23,087 nt of DNA from Promethearchaeota archaeon (GTDB lineage: Archaea; Asgardarchaeota; Lokiarchaeia; Sigyniarchaeales; SOKP01): positions 1 to 23,087 of the forward strand of contig JBHLMQ010000050.1 of NCBI GenBank assembly GCA_048938005.1. The letters are read 5' to 3'. The position numbers and the translations under genes are program-made. This document shows positions 17,246-23,087 of the stretch, in pieces. Below the pieces are notes generated by a model. It did no database searches, had not been told where the DNA came from, and saw only the letters and a program-made list of their open reading frames with translations. The number at the start of each line of letters is the position of its first letter. Within the stretch, counting starts at the first letter, position 1.

Positions 17246-17319
17246 AGTGTGCGCCGATTTGGAGATTTTTATTCATCGAATTGAAATTCTAATAAAAACA
17301 CTATAAATCGGCGCATGTT
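17246..17319. repeat. GC-rich nested inverted repeat / long stem-loop
   Basis: TGCGCCGATTT (17250-17260) pairs perfectly with AAATCGGCGCA (17305-17315). Inner TTTTTATT (17266-17273) pairs with AATAAAAA (17291-17298). Apical GAAT-TGAA-ATTC. Confidence 0.8.
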
Positions 17320-17451
17320 TAATTTAAGTTACTTATTAATTTAATTTTTATTAACAAAAAGCAATCAATGAAATAACATTTTCTTCTTTAAATTTAAAGA
17401 ACTGTTTATCAAGACAAGGGAATAAAAAATAAGTAAATTAGGTAAACTGAA

Positions 17452-18081
17452 TTAAGTAGCTTGTGAATGCTTTTCAAGCAAATCTTTGTCTGATTTACCC
17501 ATTTTTATTGCTAGTTCTGCTATAATAGCATCTAAATAACAAAATGCCGCAATTTCAAACATGGTGCCTTCAGGGGCAAGAACCGCAGTATCACCAATAG
17601 CTTTATCTCGTTTAGTTCTTCCTTTGAGCTTAATTGTTATATCACCTATTCTACCAATTACTGTTTCGGGATGTGAAGTTATGGTGACAATCCCGTATGG
17701 TTTTACTGTATTTACATAGTTATTTAAAAGGCTAACAACTATACCTGTTGTGCCAGACCCAGAAAGTACAATCAAGATATCTTTTTGTCGTAATGCCGGC
17801 ATGCTTGCTAAGTTAGTGACTATAAAAACTCGTGCGCCCAAATGTACCAAACGCGTTGCAAAGCACTGTAATATAAAAGCACTTCTGCCAGATGCTAATA
17901 GAAAAAATCTACGTTTACTTATTAAACCATCATGAACTAAATCAATGAATTTTTGAGTGTATTTGAAATTTTTGTCTAAATGGTCAATGTTAGCTTTAAT
18001 ATTGTTCATGATTAATTCCATCGATTGAAACAAAACTCTCTTTGCTTCTCCATTTATTATTAATTCATTAACATTCGTCAT
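17452..18081 (-). CDS. hxlB: 6-phospho-3-hexuloisomerase (PHI), SIS domain
   Basis: ASGRS, FATRLVHLG, DILIVLSGSGTT, TITSHPE and LAPEGTMFE motifs. Confidence 0.85.
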   Translation of the reverse strand: MTNVNELIINGEAKRVLFQSMELIMNNIKANIDHLDKNFKYTQKFIDLVHDGLISKRRFFLLASGRSAFILQCFATRLVHLGARVFIVTNLASMPALRQKDILIVLSGSGTTGIVVSLLNNYVNTVKPYGIVTITSHPETVIGRIGDITIKLKGRTKRDKAIGDTAVLAPEGTMFEIAAFCYLDAIIAELAIKMGKSDKDLLEKHSQAT

Positions 18082-18308
18082 GTTTAATTATTATTCAATG
18101 GTTAATTATTACTCAATTTCCAATACTTCAAATATTGTAAGTTTAGATTAAAAATATACATTTTGGTTATTACTTAATTTCAATAAAAATTTTTAAATCC
18201 CATTATTAAGATACTAATTTAAATATTAGAAGCAGAAGGTAGAGAAAATTTATTCTTGTAATAATATTTCTTTTTCTTATTTTATCACAATTTCTCTTTT
18301 AAAATATA

Positions 18309-20702
18309 TTATTTCACATTTTCGATTTCACTTTGGATTTGATTAATTTTACCTATTAAGAGATCTGCTGTAGTTTGGGATATTTTTCCTTCTATTAATA
18401 AAGAATGGACTTTATTTTTTGCTTTGTTTAATAGATTTTGAGCACATGTTATAACTTTATTATAATCAATATCATTAGCGATTAGAAAAATTGCACTTTC
18501 AACTAGTATTGACGTCCATAATGTCAACCTTTTTAAGGATTTGGCACCACAAAATTCAATTTTTTCGACAATAATATCCTTAAGTTTAAGTACTTCAACT
18601 TCAATGGAAGCAATTTGATAAGCATATTTTAAATTTTTTATATAATCGACAGAAATCCCTTTTAAAAGTACAATATTATTTCTAATGTCATTAAGAGAGT
18701 TAATTATAAATTCTGGATTTTCAAGAAAGAAACAATGTCTATAGTGAGAAAATATTGTAATAGATTTAATCATTTTAATATACCCTAGAGTTTTTATCAA
18801 ATGACATAAACAATCTAAAATATCCCCTTGTATAACATGAGTATAAGCATCTCCTAATTTTTTTAAAGTTAAATTTAATTTCTTAATCAAGAGAAAGGTG
18901 AAACAAGAGTGAAAATTTTCTTTTATATATTGTTTTAAATTTTCAATTTGTTTTTTAACATAATTAAAACAATCTTCCAAACTAGTAACAATAATACTAC
19001 TCACTTCAGAAGTTTCCTCGTCTCCCTCCCAATCATTATCATTATTAGTTGCATAAATAAGTAGAGTAAATGTTCTAAATTTCAACGGATTAATAAGTTC
19101 TTTACTTATACGATATGCAATTTCTTCTTGAAATATTATTTCGGTTTTTATTATTTCACCAAATTGGTCTAGTACTGTATAATTTCCAGTTGATCTACTA
19201 TCCATTTTACCGTCATTATCTATTATTGAAACATTCCAACCAAATTCATCTTCATTAATAATAATTTGAGGAGGTGTTATATCATCATCTATTACTTCAA
19301 AATGAGAATTCATAGTACTATTTAATTGATCATTTTCATGATCCTTATCGGCATCAATAGCAGTAGCAGAAAAAAAATAGTTCCCTGGAGTTTTGGGATT
19401 TTGAATTGATATTTGATTATTTTCATTATCTCTATAATACCGATTTTCCATAAAATCAATAAATAAATCCTCAATTCCAGAATTATCTTCAACAAAGATT
19501 TCAAAAATAATGTCATTATAACAATCATAGATTGGATAATTTAGAATAGAAATGTTTGAAATAACGGGATTTTCAGTATCGTCATCAAATACTTCAAAAC
19601 CAAAATAATCTGTTGAAGCTAATTGATCTCCTTCACGATCTGTATCATTATCAATAACCATAATATTTAAAATATAATATCCCGGAATTGATGGATTTGG
19701 AATCGAAATAAAATTATTGTAATCATCATCAAAATATTTTTGTCCGTTGAATTCAATATATAATTCTGAAATCCCAGAATAATCCTCACTTATTATATCA
19801 AAATGTATAATTTCATAATTATCATAAATAGGAGAATTAATAATATTTATATTAGAAATAACCGGTGCTTCTGTATCATCATCTTTAAGGTTTAATGTTC
19901 TAGACTGAAATTTAGAAGTCCAATACCAAGAAATGTGGAAATTACAATAAAAATAATAACTGTGCCATCCATTTAACTCATAAATATCTTTTTTGTAAAG
20001 TACTTTTACATGAAAGAGGATTTCTGGATCGACGCGACCTGGATAATCTTTTCTCACATTATAATCTTTCTCGGAATTGGTCCATTGTTCATGATCTTCT
20101 AAAATTTTATCAAATTCAATTCCCATAAAACTTACATCAGGATTAAGATCTTGAGATAAAGGTATTTCACCAGGCTGATAATGTTTATAATTACTTCCAT
20201 CTTGAAATTTTTCACTATTCCCTAAATTTGTGTCATCATTATTATAATCTAAATAAGTATAGACTCTATAAACCCATTCATTAAGAATTCTATCATCCAA
20301 TCTAAAATTTATCTCAAATTTTCCGTCGTCATGGCTTTTAAGATCAAAATTTTCTATAGGATGATTATGAGGACCAAGATATCTGATCTCAGGTGTGTGC
20401 ATATTATTAAAAAGTAAGGTCTTTTTTTGCTCTGTAGTATAAAATCCATTTGACCAAGCCTGATAAATATTTAATTGTTCATGAAAAATAGAAATGGTTT
20501 GGGGGGGTAAATCACTAAGATTTTCAAGTTCTATATTATTATGACTTAGTATAATGTTGCTCCATTCTTCAACAGTATTATTCCTGTAAGAATGATTTGT
20601 ATTTACCATAATATAAGAGAAGGTCTGAAGAAACCCAAAAGACGTACTAATAATTAAATAAATGATTACTATTAATTGAAATCTAAAATTTCTGGGTTCC
20701 AT
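18309..20702 (-). CDS. Secreted/membrane-anchored surface protein with three tandem acidic Ig-like repeats (99-aa spacing) and a helical C-terminal domain
   Basis: N-terminal hydrophobic segment (LIVIIYLIISTSFGFL). DDDTEAP, DDDTENP and DDDITPP recur exactly 297 nt apart. Confidence 0.8.
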   Translation of the reverse strand: MEPRNFRFQLIVIIYLIISTSFGFLQTFSYIMVNTNHSYRNNTVEEWSNIILSHNNIELENLSDLPPQTISIFHEQLNIYQAWSNGFYTTEQKKTLLFNNMHTPEIRYLGPHNHPIENFDLKSHDDGKFEINFRLDDRILNEWVYRVYTYLDYNNDDTNLGNSEKFQDGSNYKHYQPGEIPLSQDLNPDVSFMGIEFDKILEDHEQWTNSEKDYNVRKDYPGRVDPEILFHVKVLYKKDIYELNGWHSYYFYCNFHISWYWTSKFQSRTLNLKDDDTEAPVISNINIINSPIYDNYEIIHFDIISEDYSGISELYIEFNGQKYFDDDYNNFISIPNPSIPGYYILNIMVIDNDTDREGDQLASTDYFGFEVFDDDTENPVISNISILNYPIYDCYNDIIFEIFVEDNSGIEDLFIDFMENRYYRDNENNQISIQNPKTPGNYFFSATAIDADKDHENDQLNSTMNSHFEVIDDDITPPQIIINEDEFGWNVSIIDNDGKMDSRSTGNYTVLDQFGEIIKTEIIFQEEIAYRISKELINPLKFRTFTLLIYATNNDNDWEGDEETSEVSSIIVTSLEDCFNYVKKQIENLKQYIKENFHSCFTFLLIKKLNLTLKKLGDAYTHVIQGDILDCLCHLIKTLGYIKMIKSITIFSHYRHCFFLENPEFIINSLNDIRNNIVLLKGISVDYIKNLKYAYQIASIEVEVLKLKDIIVEKIEFCGAKSLKRLTLWTSILVESAIFLIANDIDYNKVITCAQNLLNKAKNKVHSLLIEGKISQTTADLLIGKINQIQSEIENVK
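18990..19883 (-). repeat. Intragenic tandem protein repeat (about 3 x 99 aa)
   Basis: Units begin at 19883, 19586 and 19289. Units 1 and 2 share PVISNI, PIYD, EDxSGI, NPxxPG and IDxDxDxExDQL. Unit 3 is more diverged (NNDNDWEGDE). Confidence 0.8.
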
Positions 20703-20872
20703 TGTAGATTACACCTTTATATTGGAAACTAAAATAAATTCAAACTTAATAAATAATTTTTATTTTTCATTTATAGATTTTATGATTACTAAATTGTAAA
20801 TAGGAAGAAATAAATATAAGATCTGTGTATTCAATTGTTAGTCATAATAATATTATGTGAAGTTTAATTAAA

Positions 20873-21886
20873 ATGAGGAAACATGTTTCTATTAACTACT
20901 TAATACTTTTTATACTATTTAATAATTTAGCACTTTATGCTTTCTTTTTTGTACCTAATGATAATGGAAGATTAAATCAAAGAGAAGGAATATATTCACA
21001 AATTAATTTAAATGGAGTTCATTCACCCATAAATATCACAGGGAATAATGATTTTACGCCTTCTAATGGTGTGAGTTCAGGAGATGGGACATTTGAAAAT
21101 CCATATATAATAAAAAATCTAATTATAGAAGTAGTGGGTGATGAAAATTGTATTTTTATAAATAATACTAATGTTTTTTTTAGAATTCAGAATTGTACAT
21201 TAAATAATTCTGGTGTTGCAATAGATAAAACAACAATTAAATTTAATAATGTATCAAATGGACTAATATTAAATAATATCATTAGTTTTGCTGAAATCTT
21301 TTTAATTAATTCTCATAATAATTCAATTTTGAATAATAATTTCAGCTTAAATTCAGGTATCTTCTTAAGTTCATCGAATAATAATACAATTTCCAATAAT
21401 ATTCTAATTAATTGCACAAATATTCATGTTTTATATTCCAATTATAATGAAATTTTAGATAATTTTATTCAAAATTGCACTATGGGGTTAAAATTCCTAT
21501 TTTCAAGTGATAACATAATTCAAGGAAATGAAATATATGATTGCCAAGGCGATGCCATAGGATTATGGTCCCAAAGTAATAATACTCAGATTATAAATAA
21601 TTATATCTATAATAATGGCAATCAAACAGGTGCTGATCAAATAGATATAGACTATGATAGTTTAGGTACAACTCTATCAGGTAATATTTATGATTATCGA
21701 GAAAGTGATGAGAATGGAGGTCCACTGATAGACCCAATATTTCTCTTATTAATATTATTACTAATATTTGGATCAATAGCTGCAATTTCACTTGTAGTGA
21801 TTGTTATTTATCGTAGATATAGAAAAGAAAAGGAACTTAAGCATCCCAAAACTTCTGAGCCCCCTGATACTTCAGATCTTTGGTAA
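20873..21886 (+). CDS. NosD/CASH-like right-handed beta-helix surface glycoprotein with signal segment and C-terminal TM anchor
   Basis: SPINITGN...GDGTFENPYII cap, Asn-rich (S-x-N-N-x-I-x-N-N) rungs and many N-x-S/T sequons. TM segment IFLLLILLLIFGSIAAISLVVIVIY followed by RRYRK. Confidence 0.85.
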   Translation: MRKHVSINYLILFILFNNLALYAFFFVPNDNGRLNQREGIYSQINLNGVHSPINITGNNDFTPSNGVSSGDGTFENPYIIKNLIIEVVGDENCIFINNTNVFFRIQNCTLNNSGVAIDKTTIKFNNVSNGLILNNIISFAEIFLINSHNNSILNNNFSLNSGIFLSSSNNNTISNNILINCTNIHVLYSNYNEILDNFIQNCTMGLKFLFSSDNIIQGNEIYDCQGDAIGLWSQSNNTQIINNYIYNNGNQTGADQIDIDYDSLGTTLSGNIYDYRESDENGGPLIDPIFLLLILLLIFGSIAAISLVVIVIYRRYRKEKELKHPKTSEPPDTSDLW

Positions 21887-21894
21887 ATTTCAAT

Positions 21895-21929
21895 CATGAA
21901 CCATGAGTCTTATGGGCATGTTTTTTTTT
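21895..21929 (+). terminator. Hairpin plus T9 tract, putative terminator of the beta-helix gene
   Basis: CATG-AA-CCATGA-GTC-TTATGG-G-CATG followed by nine T, starting 9 nt after the stop. Confidence 0.5.
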
Positions 21930-22138
21930 CTCTCTTTACTCTGCAATGGAGTAGTTATGGAATGTTTATCTCATTTTGAGAAAAGAACAACAATATAAGA
22001 AATTCATTAAAGAATTTTTATTATATATTCAATTAAATTTGAATTATTAATTGAAAGTTCATTCTAAGTTCAGCAATTTCATCTATTTATGTTATTAAAT
22101 CCTATTAAATATATACTCAATCTCAAAATTGATATAAA

Positions 22139-22705
22139 ATGAATAAAGAGAAATTAAATAAACATGAATTTGAAGGAAATCTTCTAAGCCCTTTACCGGT
22201 AATTTTGGTTGGAGTGCAGGTTAATGGTAAACCGAATTACCTTGTAATTGGATATAGCTGTCCATTTGATTTTGGAAAATATATTTTCTTCAGTTTATCT
22301 AAGCAACGTTATACCACAATCGGAATTCATGAGAACATGACATTTAGTGTTAATGTCCCTTCAGAGAATCTTGTGGAAAAAGCTAACATTTGCGGGAATA
22401 AGTCTGGACGAGATTTTGATAAAAGTAGTCTTTTTGATAACTTTTACGGAGATTTAAAAACAGCTCCAATGATTCGGGAGTGTCCAATAAATATAGAATG
22501 TGAAGTACATGAAATCCTCGACTATGACCGCAATGAAGGAATCATAGGGAGAGTTGTGAAATCGTATGTGAATCATCAGTACACAATTGAAGAGGATGGT
22601 GAAATTAAGCTCGATTGGAGGAAGATTAATCCTATTATTTGGGTTACAGGTGGTGATTTTAACTATTATAGCCTTGGTAAAAGACTCAAAGCTGGAGATC
22701 TCTAA
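22139..22705 (+). CDS. Flavin reductase-like FMN-binding protein (flavoredoxin family)
   Basis: PLPVILVG, GKPN, FSVNVPS, CGNKSGRDFDK and APMIRECPINIECEV motifs. Confidence 0.92.
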   Translation: MNKEKLNKHEFEGNLLSPLPVILVGVQVNGKPNYLVIGYSCPFDFGKYIFFSLSKQRYTTIGIHENMTFSVNVPSENLVEKANICGNKSGRDFDKSSLFDNFYGDLKTAPMIRECPINIECEVHEILDYDRNEGIIGRVVKSYVNHQYTIEEDGEIKLDWRKINPIIWVTGGDFNYYSLGKRLKAGDL

Positions 22706-22723
22706 AGTATTTATAAGAAAATT

Positions 22724-22740
22724 AAAAAAGAAAAAAAAAA
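22724..22740 (-). terminator. Oligo-U tract, putative archaeal terminator of the histone gene
   Basis: Minus strand T10-C-T6, about 35 nt after the histone stop. Confidence 0.45.
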
Positions 22741-22773
22741 TTAAAAAGTTTGTTTTAAGCCCTAAGAACTTCT

Positions 22774-22992
22774 CTATTTGTATTTAATAGAAAGAAGTAA
22801 GTCATTCTTGGTTATTTTCTTCCTATTCGCATGCATTGTAAAGGTTCTTGCTTGTTCAGTTAAAGCAGAAGCAGTTTTTTCTAAATGATCAATTAATAAA
22901 TCAACTGCATTTCGAGCTACAATACTAGCACCCTGTTGCTTCATTAATCGGCGAATTGGGCTCCATGCGAAAGAATGTTTCTTTTTAGCCAT
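22774..22992 (-). CDS. Archaeal histone (HMf-like histone fold)
   Basis: SPIRRLMKQQGASIVARNAV...ARTFTMHANRKKITKND. 72 aa. GGAGG SD at 23005-23001. Confidence 0.93.
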   Translation of the reverse strand: MAKKKHSFAWSPIRRLMKQQGASIVARNAVDLLIDHLEKTASALTEQARTFTMHANRKKITKNDLLLSIKYK

Positions 22993-23087
22993 TTTTTATT
23001 CCTCCAACTTTTTTAATCAAAATTTTTAAAAATTTAGATTTTTAATTTTTTTTGAAGTTATTAGTAAAGTTTCTTAGATAATATAAT

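Noticed and set aside
17246-17319. The stem-loop as a tRNA or a third SECIS
   Set aside because: No cloverleaf or T-loop, no opposed AUGA/GA core, and no in-frame UGA in the flanking genes.
21896-21979. 27-codon ORF (MNHESYGHVFFSLFTLQWSSYGMFISF) after the beta-helix gene
   Set aside because: No SD, overlaps a terminator-like hairpin and T-tract, and is too short to support without conservation data.
6725-22787. Other short ORF-track entries (6725, 8184, 12171, 12427, 14062, 14356, 16076, 16990, 17750, 19322, 21591, 22587)
   Set aside because: All overlap longer, well-supported genes in antisense or alternative frames and show no motifs.
1-23087. CRISPR arrays, transposases, rRNA or tRNA genes
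   Set aside because: No regularly spaced direct repeats, transposase motifs or extended GC-rich structural RNA segments were seen.

Overview
Very AT-rich archaeal chromosomal region, most likely from a Lokiarchaeia-type Asgard archaeon. This is inferred from an HMf-fold histone, the methanofuran genes mfnE/mfnF, NOG1, BRE/TATA promoters, a eukaryote-type pantothenate kinase and eukaryote-like SECIS hairpins. The main signal is a tandem pair of selenophosphate synthetase (selD/SPS) paralogs that the ORF track truncates. Each really starts about 155-160 nt further upstream (ATG at 2770 and 4040, each behind a GAGGTG Shine-Dalgarno) and has an in-frame UGA at codon 18 in the catalytic G-U-x-C-K motif. 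Each is followed 1 nt after the stop by a conserved 70-nt 3'UTR element (57/70 identical) with an AUGA...UGAG kink-turn SECIS core plus an extra co-varying hairpin. The rest of the window: a partial GT4 glycosyltransferase missing from the ORF track, a SAM methyltransferase, a 996-aa HEAT/coiled-coil/winged-helix/Ig-appendage protein, a MaoC hotdog pair, mfnE, mfnF, NOG1, asd, a degenerate DUF362 Fe-S protein, type II PanK followed by an unexplained GC-rich stem-loop, hxlB/PHI, two surface proteins, a flavoredoxin and a histone. No tRNA, rRNA, CRISPR array or transposase was seen. All calls come from motif reading; no database searches were run.
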